This document shows positions 12,455-33,925 of a DNA stretch of 64,000 nt, one piece after another. The translations under genes were made by a program, and so were the position numbers. The notes under the pieces were generated by a model. The model did not search any database and was not told the origin of the DNA. It worked only from the letters and a program-made list of their open reading frames with translations. This DNA is from Pecten maximus (Eukaryota), in assembly GCF_902652985.1 (NCBI RefSeq), contig NC_047029.1, positions 13,640,001-13,704,000 on the forward strand, given 5' to 3'. Numbering within the stretch: the first letter of the stretch is position 1; every line of letters starts with the position of its first letter.

Positions 12455-15022
12455 ATGGAGAAACCAGAGAACATTTTCCTCAAAAAGAGTTTTGTAGCCA
12501 TTACCGGAGCCAGTAGAGGAATTGGTAGATGCATGGCCCTGAAGTTTGCGGTCAAGTTCCCTCCAAATTCCGTCTTGGTACTGATGGCGAGGAATATGAT
12601 GGCTTTGGAAAGCGTCAGGACGGATTTGCAAGCAAGGGCTCCCAATATAACGGTATTAGTTCAACAGTATGATCAAGGAAAAACTGATGAAGGATATTTT
12701 AATGGAATATTTGATAGTTTGCTCACTGAAAGCAAACTTTCAAAGGGTGAGTTTGAACAGGTAATGCTTGTTCATAACTGTGCTTCAGCTGGTGACAAAG
12801 AAAAGACCGCGCTTCAATTGTGTGACGCCGACTGTGTGCGGTCTTACTTTGACATAAATCTCTCCGGCATGATTCTACTCAACACGAGTTTCTTTACAAC
12901 ATTTTGTGATCAATCTTTGTCTCGAGTCGTGGTCAACATAACGTCAGGGGCTTCCAGGATTCCATTTTCGTCTCTCCACCTGTATTGCTCAGGTACATAT
13001 TATTGTTTATTTCCGTTATCCATTATTACTAGCATGTGATCCTAAACTTACTAGTGCTACCTCACTTAATATACAACTGGTTACTAAAAATCAACATGGT
13101 CTAACACTTGAAAGTCGGAAGTGGCGTTAGTGGTGGTTAGATGATCGGTTTTGGGTGATGGGGTAGTGTGAGAGAGGTGACCTTCGATTCACTTTTAATT
13201 TAAGTGCACATATGCTTCACTAACGAATTCTGGTTGAGAATTCTTAAATATCAACATATTTTAATCTTTTTGTTTTGTGACAATGATTTAAAAGTGAGGA
13301 AATGCACAAAAAGTGTTCAAGCTAACGGACGATGCATCGACTGTGCAAATTAACCTAACTTAGAGTGGTTTTTGAAATGGGTAATCGTATTGGTCGTCAC
13401 CTCTGTAAACATTGCTCATTATATTGGTTGACCATTCAAACTATCCGCTATAGAAATATTCTACTTCCGTTCTACAGTTGATGCATCTTTGATTACATTT
13501 GAGAATTAGGTGCGATTGAACTGAAGATCCAAATGAATTGAAGCTCATCCCACATTTTCACCTTTTCAAGCATTACACCTATTTGTGATACATTGGAGTA
13601 ATGTTATTTACTATCAATTATAATCAGATGCAGACGCCTTTGCTGAATTATACTACTAAAGGCACCTTGCTGGAACCTTATCTAATCATATTTCACTGCT
13701 GACTATGAGCGAACCAGTCGTCCCACTCCCAAAATGCTGCGTCTGAAGCAGGCGTACTAACTACCGATTTTGTAGATTCGAGTGATGCCTCTTTCAGGGG
13801 ACAGATACAAAACACTCATCAAAAGAGCGAACGCTCTGCTCCAGGCCAAAAGTGAGGCAGTGTCAAGGCAAACATGAGAAAGTATAAAGTTGTGTAGAAG
13901 GAAGCCGAAATATAATATTCCAGATTTAATCGTCTCTTACGAAAAATACAACGAGACAGCATTTACAATTCTTACGATTGACTGACAGGAGATTCATTAC
14001 AACATTATTACTTTGTGTACATATCAAACTATATTCTGTCTTATTTACGATTTCAGGCAAAGCTGCCCGTGATATGTTTTTCCGAGTTCTTTCTGCCGAA
14101 GAACCATCTATTCGGGTTCTGACATACGCCCCAGGTTGGGTTGACACAGACATGTTGCGAGATCTAGAAGCAAATTCATTCTCAACTCCAATCCGTAAAT
14201 TGGTAAATGGTAAGCCCGTTTGTTAATGAATCTGTTTATTGTTCAACCTGTGGCAACCTGTGTTATATATTCTTTTACATCTAATGATTTTATGTTCGAA
14301 TAATGTTTAAATATCCGTGCTGTATGTGACCGTATTTAAATTGTCACCTTATTATTCCAATTTGCGAACGGATCATAGAAATACAGACACACGTTAAGGT
14401 GTATGGAATGGTCTTACTTGGCTGATTGTGGAGGCTGCTACTTGATATAGCAAGGAGAAAATTGGTTAGTAGCAAGTTGACACCTCGTGAAGAGAAAAGC
14501 TCTGCTTAAATCGAGTGCCACTATGTTTTATTGTATTGCAAATGATTTTTGTTGCAGAAATCGTCCAATGCAGTGAGGTTAAGAAAAATCGTGTGATGCC
14601 TCATATAAATTATCTATTTTCACTTAGTGTTCTATCCTCAATAGTTGTGGGTGTTTCCCTTAATTTCCAATCACAAATGACCCTAACTTATGTTGGTACC
14701 CCCCCCCCCCCCCCCCCCCCCCCCCAACGACTGTGTATCTTCTTAGCACCCGTTTCTATATGACCTTTACCTTTTTGACGCCCCGGTTTAATTTAGCCCT
14801 CTGTTGCTATCCAGCTAGGAAATTTGATTGTTCAGACGTTTATGAAATAAATAATTACTAATTTATTTCCCAGGCCTGCGTGAGAACGGCGAAATAGTGG
14901 CACCGGAGGAATCTGTTGCCGTCCTTGAACGGGTACTGGAGGACAACGCGTTCGAAAATGCTGATCACGTGGACAACTATGGTCAGACAGCTCAGCCATA
15001 TATTGATAATTTTATTAATTGA
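12455..15022 (+). CDS. SPR: sepiapterin reductase-like SDR, copy 1 (279 aa); exons 12455-12992, 14057-14209, 14874-15022
   Basis: TGASRGIG, VVNITS, LYCSG|[38 protein letters not shown] introns, both phase 1, open frame. Confidence 0.92.
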
Positions 15023-15930
15023 GACATAACTTTCGAGTGATTTGATGTCCAATTATTTCGATGGATATCAAGGCCTCAAGCTGTTACATTTCATTGTAGC
15101 TAACAATAAATTCCGATAACATCATTGTAATGAAATATAGTATTTTATGTTGATAAGAATCAGTGATGATTTATGATATATGTATATCATCGAAAAGACT
15201 TGAGCTGTTTTAGAGAAAATTTACGTATACGGAAAAGTAATCAATAAAAAATGAGAATTACGCATGAATGCAACAAGATGTTATTTTCAATTACTGGAAG
15301 GAAGTATCTAAATGCAATCATACATGCATTTATATATTAAAGAGCTTGCCATTTCTCACCATTTTGTCTAAGCAAAATCTAAGGCAAAATACAAACGTCA
15401 GGGTAAAATTTGTGACGACTATAAACAATAAGTAGGGTACTGATCGTCAGGAGGAGATAACTTCTAACGATAAAAAAACATGAGTAGGTACTCATCGCAA
15501 AGGTATAATGTCTAACAGTAATGTCTGGAAAAAATACATATTAAATGTAGTTGGAGTACTGATAAATATTAACTCGATGTTACAAGTTCCGGCTTGGCCA
15601 GACCCTCCAAAAATGCATAGCGAGTGCCTCGTTAATATTCATATGGTACAAATGACATATATTAGTTATGGTCTGTTTTTTGTTTAAATGATAAAACATT
15701 GTCCGTAATCTATCGCTCGTGAGAAGCAATATCCTGCAGAGATACCTTGAGCCTTCGGCAGATAATTTGCATATTACATCACGTGAGACGTCCGACTTAC
15801 TGATAGCAGTGCTTAAGTACTGTCGATGTAAGAGGTAGACTTTGTCGGGGATACACGTGTTTTAATACACTTGTGTTTTACACATTACGTGCTGTTGAAG
15901 TTCTGTTATTGTAGGCAAGCTAGGGGCGAC

Positions 15931-18900
15931 ATGGAGAAACAAGAGAATATGTTCCTAAAGAAGAGTTTTGTAGCCATTACCGGAGCCAGTAGAGGAATTG
16001 GTAGATGCATGGCCCTGAAGTTTGCGGTCAAGTTCCCTCCGAATTCCGTCTTGGTACTGATGGCGAGGAATGTGGAGGCTTTGGAAAGTGTCAGGACCGA
16101 ATTGCAAGCAACGGCTCCCAATATAACGGTATTTGTTCGACAATATGATCAAGGAAACACTAATGAAGGATACTTTAAAGGAATATTTGATAGTCTGCTC
16201 ACTGAGAACAAACTTTCAAAGGGTGTGTTTGAACAGGTAATGCTTGTTCATAACTGTGCTACAATCGGTGACAAAGAAAAGACCACGCTTCAGTTGTGTG
16301 ACGCCGACCTCGTGCGGTCTTACTATGACATAAACCTCTGCGGCATGATTCTACTCAACGCAAGCTTCTTCGCAACATTTTGTGATCCGTCAACGTCTCG
16401 AGTCGTGGTCAACATAACGTCAGGAACTTCCAAGGTTCCATCGCCGTCTCTCCACCTGTATTGCTCAGGTACATCTTATCGTTTATTTCTGTTATCCACA
16501 ATGCACATTTGTATAATTTCTAACGATTTCAATTTCAAGCACGTTGTTCAATTTGACAACATTATGTCAAGATATGAGTTAAGTGTATATATGTGTGGTT
16601 CGGGAAAATTTTCCTATTTTCCTCTTTGGAACAGCACGAAATTTACCTGTTTTTATAGTGCTGCTATTCATTGGGGCTGGTATTAATTGATTCACTTTTA
16701 ACTTTAGTGCACACTTCCTTCACAAACGTAGTTTAGTTGAGAGTCCTCAAATATTGGATAAACTGTATATGTTATTCTTTTGTCTTATAAAAATGATTTA
16801 GATATGGGAAAATGCACCAAACGAAGTCGGGCTAACACATGATGCATCGACTGTGCAACGTAACATATCTTAGAATGGTTTTGAAAGGGGCAATCGTATT
16901 AGTCGACAGCTCTGTAAACATTCCTTATAATATTTGTCGACCAATCAATCTATCCGTTATAAAACCGCACTAAAATATTCTACTTCCGTTCTACATGTCA
17001 CTTGACTCTTCTGAGATTTTTCACGACAAAGTCTAGAATCTGCTGGACACGCATATGTATTGCTTATTTCCTCGATTCCAACGATAACTTAAAACAGTAA
17101 TACAAATAATATCAATGGCAAACTATACATACAAAATTGCACGGTGAAAGTTCATGCGGACAAAGTAGTATTAACTTACAGCACGACAACGTATATATAT
17201 AAATTTACACCAATTGAATCATGATATATTTCACAATGTACTTTGTCCTTACAAATATATTCAACTATATTAGCAATCAGTGACCATTAGTGATCATGAT
17301 GCGAGGCATATACACAAGGTAAGTTGGCCGTATTTCCGCACAAGTCATCCCCAAGCTTGCGAGTGACAGGGTAAGGACAGGTTACATGAATACACGCACA
17401 CTCAATCAAATCTCATTCCCTATAAGGACAAATATACAACCATACCCAATCATCACTCCTATCTAGACATACGTCACACCTAAGACGGGATACTGCAGCA
17501 GGACACTGTACACGTACATAACAAAAAATATATAGTAACACAACACACGCCCTACACGCGCATTCTATATGTTATATATACAAAAGTGCCACACAGTTTT
17601 AGATGATATGCAATCTTCCGCTAGTTTGGTCAGATTGAAATGAAAGAATCGAAGCTCACACCACACTTCCAATTTATCAAGCTTTACACCTATATTATTG
17701 ATTGAGGGCAATGCTATTTATCAATAACAGACCATGATCGAACATGTCGTCCCAACCCCATAGTGCTGCGTCGTACGCAGGTGTACTAACTACCGATTTT
17801 ATGGACTCGTGTCATGTGTCGGTCAAGGGGCAGATTAAAAGCCACTAACCACAGGAACGAATGCACAACTAATGACTAAAATGAGGCAGTATCAAAAGAA
17901 ACATAAGGAAGAAGAAAGTTGTGTAGAAAGAAGCCGAAATATAATATTCCAGATTTAATCGTCTATTATGAATCATACAAAGAGACAGCATTTCCAATCT
18001 TACGAGTTACAGACTTTAGAGTCATTACAACATCAAGTTCGTGTACATATCAAACTATATTATGTTTTATTTATGATTTCAGGCAAAGCTGCCCGTGATA
18101 TGTTCTTCCGAGTCCTTTCTGCCGAAGAACCATATATTCGAGTTCTTACTTACGCCCCAGGTGGTGTTGACACAGACATGTTGCGAGATCTGGAAGAAAA
18201 TTCATCCTCAACTCCAATTCGTAAAATGCTAAATGGTAAGCCCGTCTTTTTTCTGAAACCTGTATTTTATGTGCGATGATGTTATTGTTATCATATTTTT
18301 TAAATCTAATGATTCTATATTCAAACAATATGTGAAAACCTGTGCTATATGTTACTGCATGTTAATTGTTTAACTTATCATTCCAATTTGCGTACGGATC
18401 ATTGGAACACAGATAAAGTTATGATGTGTTGAAAGGTCTTATTGGGTTTATTTTGGAGGTTGATATAGCAAGTAGTTACAGTGGGCATTTTCGGAGAAAA
18501 TTGGTTAGTAGCAAGTTGACACATCGTGCAGAGAAAAGCTCTTCTGAATCGAGTGGCACTTTGTTTTATTGCATTGCAAGATTTTTGTGCAAAAAATGTT
18601 CGATGCAGTGAAATGCAGAAACAAAATGTTTGATGCCTCATATAAATTATTTATTTTCCCTAAGGCTCGATCCTCCATAGATGTGGGTGTTTCCAATATG
18701 ACCCTGACTGTTGGTATACCCCCATGGGCAGTGTGTGTCTCCTTAGCAATCGTTTATATATGACCTTAGTCATTTGTGTCGCCCCAATTGAATTATGCTC
18801 TCTGTTTATATCTAGTAACGAAATTTGATTGTTCATATGTTTATAAAATAAAAATTACCAATTAATTTTCCAGGCCTGCGTCAGGACGGTCACATACTGA

Positions 18901-19028
18901 CACCGGATGAATCTGTGGCCAACCTTGAACAGATACTAGAGGACAATGCGTTTGAAAATGCCGATCATGTGGACAACTATCGTCAGACAGCCCAGCCATA
19001 TAGGACAAATTTGTACATTGAAACATAA
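15931..19028 (+). CDS. SPR: sepiapterin reductase-like SDR, copy 2 (281 aa); exons 15931-16468, 18083-18235, 18874-19028
   Basis: Same motifs and first two exon sizes as copy 1. A 1-nt deletion near 19003 shifts the last few codons (PYRTNLYIET*). Confidence 0.9.
16996..17591. mobile_element. probable solo LTR in copy 2 intron 1
   Basis: 596-bp block absent from the homologous intron of copy 1 (empty site TTCTACAGTT). Termini TGTCAC...GTGCCA, flanked by TACA/CACA. Confidence 0.55.
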
Positions 19029-19297
19029 CTTTCATGCAAGAGTCATTCGATGCCCAATTATTTCCAATTGAAATCAAGGCCTAACCCTGTGAAAGTTCCT
19101 AGTAGCTGAACATAACTATCAATGGAATCAGTGTAATGAAATGTGATATTTTATGTTGATTCGAATAAATTATGATTGGTATTATATTTTCATCATCGAA
19201 AAGACTTCAGCTGTTTTAAAGAGAATTTACTCACGTGTACGATGAAAAAAAAATCAATAAAAATGAAAGATACGAGCAGGAATGCGTCACGATGTTA

Positions 19298-21250
19298 ATG
19301 GCGAGACTAAGTAAATAACAATTGAACTAAAATTATGGATAATTATGGGTTTATTCAACTTATCCTATTACAATCGAATGGAGAAATATGGCCGCAGTAT
19401 ATCAGAGACCCAGAAAGAGTACTGGTAGCCCAAAACCGGGCAATACCAGCACCTTCTGTGGTACCACAGAAGATCTGAACCCACTAGGTTACACTGAGCG
19501 AGTCTAAGACACAGAGTGCCAACCGTTTACCAAAACTCTCATTTATGTGAATCTTATAACCACAGGCCCCCAAAGGTAACAAAGGTGGGCATAAAACTCT
19601 CCTCCTTAGGTACCTGAAGGAGGAGTGGGCCCTGCGGTAACACGGAAACCCTTACCTGCCACTGACCTGCTGTACAGCAGGGGTGACTAGAGTAATTAGC
19701 CGGCTGACCTCATGCTGTCCCCTCTGACTCTTTCTGGGTTCCGCCCCCGCCCCTTATAAAACCGCGACATGGAGTAGATGATCTACAATTGATCATTGTT
19801 ACTGTACACCATTTAAAATTAATAAACATTTCCCATAGTTGAAAATATCCCCCAATAACTGAAAAGAATATGGATTGTCTGAGGCCTGTATATATGTATA
19901 TACATCCAGCCTAGTTTACCAAACTTAAGAGATATATTTCAATATCTCGAAACCAAGGACATATTATAATGTGCTAAATATCATTTGCATTTTAACTTAA
20001 TGTCCATGTGCCTAAACGTGATTGTCCACATCAACTTAACTTTTATATATCCAATACTGATACACAAGGGCACAGAAAATCGCCCTTCTCACAATGTATT
20101 GACAAAATCTGTATGTATGTCAATGTTCACAATTGTGTACCTTACCAATGTCCTAGTGTCTTCTGGCACCACAGCACACAACCTACGCTCCAGGAATAAA
20201 TTCGAACAGTTCACACTTAAATCAATGACACCATCTGCATCCCACTGGCTGCACTGCAGTGTCGACATAGAATTCAAGGTTTCACATCCGCACAATACAG
20301 TTACACAATATTTCCATACTCAGGAACTCTGTCAATAAACAAAACATCCTTGGCAGTATTCAAGCTCTCTACATACCTATACGTTTAACTTAAGGGAGGG
20401 ATGGGAGGGTCAAATTTTCCAATTTTCAGTTCGTTGATGTCCGGCACCATGAATCCTGAATTCTTGAAAAAGCTGTGTAGCATTATTGTATGTGGACCAG
20501 GTGCTCCTGGCCATTGAATGTGAAAACAATTTTTTCTCCTCTTACCTTAGATCTTCAAAAGATGGGCAGGGATTGGGGTTGGAACCGATGCAGCTGCTGG
20601 AGCTACTCTGCGAAACCTGGACTACTGTTTGCGGGAAATAGCATCGGCAATAACATTATGTTTACCTGGAATATGTTCTGCTCTAATGGTAACATTAAAC
20701 CGTAAGGTTAATAAAACCAGTGGGCGTATCAATGACATCACTGATCTGGACTTTGAGGTCTTTTTATTTAGTATACAAACAACTGCCTCATTGTCTATGT
20801 GAAATAATACTTTTCCTTATTTTGAAGTCTATTGCCCCAAAGTGACATGGCTACATATATAGGAAATAGCTCCAAAAAGGTTAAATCTTTCAAAACCCTG
20901 ACTCAGACCACGATGTGGGCCATGTTCCATAAGACCAAAGCCCTCCAAAATATATGCCAAATCCTCTACCCAGACCCCCTGCACTATCAGTAAAAAGGTC
21001 TAGTGAAGTGTTAGATATCCAGAGCCTTTCTGGTATTACTGTAACACCGTTGTAATTTTGCAAAAACTTAAGCCAATGGGATTTCTGGTAACCAGAGATA
21101 GCGTCAATCATGCGTCTACAAAAGGCTCTCCCCGGTGATATAACCCTACAGGCAAAATTAAGCAAGCCTAACACCGACTGTACCTCGCGTAATGTTACCT
21201 TAGTAGAATCTAACAATTGTTGAAGCTGTTTGACCAACTCCGATATTTTT
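19298..21250 (-). mobile_element. internally deleted DIRS/Ngaro-type tyrosine-recombinase retrotransposon fragment
   Basis: Minus-strand RT C-terminus (VQSVLGLLNFACRVISPGRAFCRR) and RNase H (LFTDSAG, HIDNEAVV, HIPGKHNVIADAISR). These are followed by the start of a YR-like ORF (SMARSTWSTYNNA) and a GC-richer terminal-repeat-like region at ~19300-19800. Confidence 0.82.
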
Positions 21251-21252
21251 TC

Positions 21253-24015
<2,763 letters not shown>

Positions 24016-24840
24016 GACATAACTTTCGAGCAAGAGTGATTTGATGCCCAATTATTTCGAGGGATATCAAGGCCTATCCCTGTGAAAGTTCCTAGCAGCT
24101 GAACATTACTATAAATGGAATCAGTGTAATGGAATGTGTTATTTTATGTTGATTCGAATAGGTGATGATAGGGATATGTTTATAATCGAAAAGACTTGAA
24201 TTACTTACGTGTACGAAAAAAGTAGTCAATAAAAAAATGAATGATACGAGCATAAAAGCGTCAAGATTTTATTTTCAATTACTCAAACAAAGTATAGAAA
24301 TCTATTAATACATGCATTTATATATTTGATAGTGAGCTTGAAATTTCTCACCATTTTGTCTAAGCAAAATCTAAGGCAGAATACAAACGTCAGGGTATAA
24401 CTTAACGATAACAAACATAAGTGGGTACTCATCAAAAGGACATAACGTCTAACAGTTATGTCTGAAAAAATTGAGTACTGATAAATATTAACTCGATGTT
24501 GAAAGGGTTCTGACTTGGCCAAACACATAAAAATTATCATGCATAGAGAACGTGTATAATATTCATATGGTACAAATGACCTACATTAGTTATTGCCTGT
24601 TCTTTTAATGATAAAACATTGTCCGTAATCTGTCGCTCGTGAGAAGGAATATTCTGCAAAGAAACCTTTAGCCTTTGGTAGATGATTTACATATTACACC
24701 ACAGGAGACGTCTGAGCAGGGCCTGAATACTGTCGATGTACAAAGTAGACTGTGTCGGGGATACACACGTTATAATACACCTGTGTTTAACACATAACGT
24801 ACTGTACAAGTTCTGTTATTTTAGATAAGCTAGGGGCGAC

Positions 24841-29071
<4,231 letters not shown>

Positions 29072-30329
29072 GGCATAACTTTCGAGCAAGAGTGATTTGA
29101 TGCCCAATTATTTCGAGGGATATCAAGGCCTATCCCTGTGAAAGTTCCTAGCAGCTGAACATTACTATAAATGGAATCAGTGTAATGGAATGTGTTATTT
29201 TATGTTGATTCGAATAGGTGATGATTGGTATATGTTCATAATCGCAAAGACTTGAATTATTTACGTGTACGAAAAAAGCAGTCAATAAAAAAATGAAAGA
29301 TACGAGCATAAAAGCGTCAAGTCGCAAACATGCAAATACAATATTAAAAAAAATATACCAATTTGAAATTTTAGATGGGGCAACCATCTTGTATAAAATT
29401 CAGCACCAAAAGTTCAACTATATTAACAACAAATTACACAATTAATTCCCCCTGACAACAAGCGGCTAGACATCTATATATTTTACATCTCCATGCCGGC
29501 ACTTTTGGAAACTTCTCCCACCTGAATATTCAATCAGTAGGCCCTGATGCATTCACCTTCCTTATAAATCTTCTGCCAAAACGGGGAAATATCAAAACAT
29601 TGGACATGTTAACATAGTGTGTATGTAAGTATGAGAAGCATAGAATTGGTGAATGGTCTCCTTGCTACAGAGTCTGAAACGCTAAAACGATCATGCCATT
29701 GTCGGTCTTTGAATGCTTTCCTATGTATATAACACATTTTTTACTTACTGAAGCGAGATGTCGAGCCTCAGTGCATCGCATGCAATGAACTATTTACTAT
29801 TAAGTGGACGACCTTCAAGAGGCAAATTCTGTAACAGCATAACTTGTCTTAATCTTGCATTTAAAAATGTAAACATATACATTATTTTGAACAACCTGAC
29901 GGGCTGACATGACTAACAATGAATACATTGTTCATATAAACTATAAATGAGTGAACAGACACATTTTTGCAAATTTCATGTTTGATGTTTCGTTTTTCTT
30001 GTTTTGCTGACCATTTATTAATCCTGCTGACTTTTGTTGTGTTGATGGGCCATTAAGGATGTAAAAATGATCAAAGCAATAAATTTGCAGTGACATAAAG
30101 AAATCAAAAGCCTAAATCGAGTCCAGTGTGTTCAGTGTGCCTTGTTCAAGTTATTATATCGGGATATAACACTAGGTGTTCACCTTTCGATGAAAAAAGT
30201 TCTGGATCAATTTGTCGAGGCGGTAAAAAGTTCCAAAAAGGATTGGTTGTTACGAAGGAATCGAGAGGGGAACTTTCTGTTTCTTGCAATTTTTCGGCTT
30301 TTCGTCTAAGCAAAATATTTAGGCAGAAT

Positions 30330-30750
30330 ACGAAGGTCAGGCAGTAATAACTTCTGATGATAATAAAGAAACACGGGGGACTGAACGTCAGGGGTGATAA
30401 CTTATAACGATAGTTCAAACAAGTGGGATAGTGAATGTCAGGAGGTGATAACTTCTAACGATAATGAAAATAAGTTGGAGGATAAACGTTAGGAGACGAT
30501 AACTTTTAACGATAATGCAAATAAGTTGGATAATGAACGTAAGGAGGTGATAACTTCTAACGATAACGAAAATAAGCGGAGGACTGAATGTCAGTGGTCA
30601 CTTCTAACGATAATAAAACTTAGTTGGATACTGAACATCAGGAGGTCATAATTTCTAACGACAATTAAAAAAGCGCGGACTTTTGAACGTCAGGAGGAGA
30701 TAACTTAGCACGATAATAAAAATAAACGGGGACTGAAGGTCAGGAGGTTT
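30330..30750 (+). repeat. ~51-bp minisatellite (~8 units)
   Basis: Unit ~GAACGTCAGGAGGTGATAACTTCTAACGATAATAAAAATAAGCGGAGGACT. Confidence 0.88.
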
Positions 30751-30759
30751 TGTTGGTTT

Positions 30760-31138
30760 GGTTTTATTTGTTTAACGTCCAATCAACATCTCAGGTCATT
30801 GAAGGACGGCCTCCTGTGCTTGCAATATGCATGCATGTGGGTTGTTGCGTATGTGTATTTTGGAAGGCTGCGGTATGTTTGTGAGTCTCATTGTGATAGG
30901 CCGGATTTTTTGCCGATTAATAGTGCTACCTCACTGAAGCATACTGCCGAAAACATCCAGTCGTCCCACTCCTAATATGCTGAGCTCTAAGCAGGATTAG
31001 CAACTAACATTTTTTAAAGACTCGGGTATGTCTCGGCTAAGGGACTGAAAGCCTTCCTCACAGGGGAGAACGCTCAGCTAATGGCCAAAAGTGATTGTCA
31101 AGGGAAACATTAGGGAAGAAGAAATGTGTTAAGAAAGA
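30760..31138 (-). mobile_element. SINE-like dispersed repeat (CORE-SINE-like), minus orientation
   Basis: Shares GTTTAACGTCC..AAGGACGGCCTCC, CCTCACTGAAGCATACTGCC and CCAGTCGTCCCACTCC..ATGCTG with 63460-63935 and with remnants in SPR introns (~13680-13910, 17730-17935, 22390-22620, 27460-27720). Confidence 0.65.
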
Positions 31139-31256
31139 TGACAAGAGATCACAGAGGGTTTTGGCGCCCACCATTGAATGATCTTTATAGTTTCCATGTC
31201 AGATTGACCTTCTCTCTATTTTTCCCTTCCTCTTACTAATCTGTGTAAATTGAGAA

Positions 31257-31560
31257 TCATCCTTCCAGGGATGGGAAATTAACAATTTGGGAACTGAAGT
31301 CATTACGCTTATCATGCATCTTATTCCTGCTGGTTACGTTAGAAGTGGAGATCCAGGTGATATACGCTACTGCTAAATTGTTAAACTGTTCAACATTGTA
31401 TATCCTTTCATCATGGTCACATTTTTTATCTAAAGATAACACCTCGTTAGAATAGCTATCGATAAAATTGAAGGACATTACACGGTCTTTGGTTACCACT
31501 TCTGATAACCTCTGCAATATAATCAGATTCGTATAAAGAATAGTCGGTCAAGGGACATTG
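31257..31560 (-). mobile_element. degenerate Penelope-like RT relic
   Basis: KMHDKRNDFSSQIVNFPSL (cf. KLYDKRDDFNFxIVNFPFL) and SFNFIDSYSNEVLSL. Confidence 0.7.
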
Positions 31561-33925
31561 CTTACGTCACATAAATATTTATCATCACGATTACACATAG
31601 TTTTACTGCATTAACCAAGTTTCAACAATGGAAGTCGTGCCATCATTACTTCTTTTTTCCAATAACATTTTTTCACTTTGAAGTCTGACTACACATACGT
31701 TACAGTCGATTGAGTACTGGCCTGCTTGCTTCAGAGACACTTGTCGGTGCGAGGTTGTCCTTGTCGTTTTAGAATGGTCACACAAAAATAGTGCATTATT
31801 ACTTATGGAAATGTGAATACCAGCCTCAATGTATCGTATTCAACAAATACTGTTAAACACATTTCATTGTATTGTACAAAGTATTGATCTTCAATTGACA
31901 AAAGTAGATTCTACAGCACAGCAACATGTCTAAACATGCTTATCTTTACTGATAACATATTATACTTTTTAACTAGAAGCTGTTGTTCTGTAATACATGA
32001 TATGAATAACCATAGCCACATTAGTCTTTTGACTGTATTTGAGTACCAATGCACTTTTGTATGTTTAACATATTTCATTTGTTTGTTGTTATTTCGGTTA
32101 ATACTCCTTTTTATTCGTTTTTTGCGAAATGACCGTTCTAGTGTTTATGGTCTATTAAGAATGTAATAACAAACTAATACTAACATAAATCACACGTACC
32201 TTGTGACAGCCTATATACAATTGCAGAAATATATTTACAAAATTATTTACACTTGCAAAAACCAATTGACTATTTTTATTCAATTTCTCGTAAAAAGATA
32301 CGTGTTACTGATGTAATCGCATTGATGAGGTTCAATATCAATAGCAACACAAACTATCTCTATGTTTGAAGGGACATATTCAAACCTTAAATGACATTTG
32401 GCAATGTGTCAGAGACCAAAAACCTGCATACTAATTAACAGTCAATATACGTGGACATGGATGCAAACAAATACGTTGACTTGAATGGGACAAATAACAC
32501 CAACATAATCACGAAACCGTAATTCTAAGTCTATATCGATAACACGAGGTCAAACTATCTAGATTTAGCTGGACACTCTTGATAATGTTCAGGGAGACTA
32601 AGACCCGGGCCGGAAGTGATGGAAACACTCCAATGTTCAATTTCATGACTCTAAATTTTGGTATTAAACCTAATATCTGAATTATTTTTTTATCAATAAT
32701 CAATGATCAAATGCGATATTCTCATCATGAATGATTTTTTGAAAGTTTTTTTTAAATTTTAACTGCTATTTCATTATTTCATCAATATTAAAGAAAGTTA
32801 GGTTGACCGCAGATTTCAGGTTTGATAATTTCATTGGGGTTTCGTGAATATAGGCGCATATAATCCTGACCGTTAAAAGTCTTCTGCTTCATCAACGCCA
32901 TGGAATTCTAAGTCAAATCCTCAAAATGAGAGATGGTTTGATGGCAATAGAACTATAGACGTATCAACAAGAATCGAAAACACATCTGACTTTGTATCGC
33001 ATAAAGAAATATATTTGCATCTCTCCCTTCTTCAGCTTAGTAAACTCGGACTTCGAATAAATTAGCATATACGCAGTAGAAGAAGGCTCAGCGGATCAAT
33101 AAGCGCGGGAATCAGTAACAACATTATGACGTCGTCTATTTGTGACGTTATCGGAACGTCAACTAGACGGCGCCATTTTGAAAGGACTGATCAACGCAAT
33201 TTTAATGTTTTCTCCTGTTGCCTCCTTACCGACGCCATTCATACGATAAGCGGGAAAATCCGAACGCATTTTTTGCTTCAGTCAAAACAAACCAAGGTTA
33301 AAATAAGATTCCCGTTAAAATATGCCTATTTATAGGACAATGATGACAGAAGAAACTTTAAATGTCATGACTGCAACACAGACGTACAACACATTTTAAG
33401 TATGAGTTTTGTGATAGATACAGAATATGCCGAATACAGAACTTATTCCTACTGGCGTGTAGTCCTTATAAACTGTGGAAATATAGAACCGACGGTAGGA
33501 TATAATCCTAAACAAAGGTTTTGTTATATAAGGGAGGTGCATTAAACTCTTATTTTAACCAATTTGAGAATATTTGAACACCGATAATTCTTACATTCAC
33601 TATTGTGAGAAATGTAACAAATACAATGTAAAGCATATTTCATCTAATACGATTTATTGTAAATTGCTTGACGAGGCATATCAACGTACTTCAAATTGAT
33701 TACAACAATACAAAACCAATATGTCTACCTTACAATAAGGAATGGCTATTCACTAGAATCTTCATTTGATGGATCAGGAAGAAGAAAAGTGATGTTTGTA
33801 TGTGCTTTTTAAACTTCTGAATGTGGTTACCACTCGAAACCTTGAATAATCTCTTAAGGCACGGGAAGTTCGTTCATCATTCACGGTATTATAAAAACAC
33901 TGTCAATATCCACAAGTAAAAATAG

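Noticed and set aside
12401-12645. Recurrent antisense ORFs over SPR exons and the LINE
   Set aside because: Shadows of the real coding strand, repeated only because the genes are duplicated.
15871-16686. Single-exon 271-aa SPR and similar extended ORFs (e.g. 51779-52483)
   Set aside because: Read-through into the intron past the conserved G|GT donor. The catalytic Lys is in exon 2.
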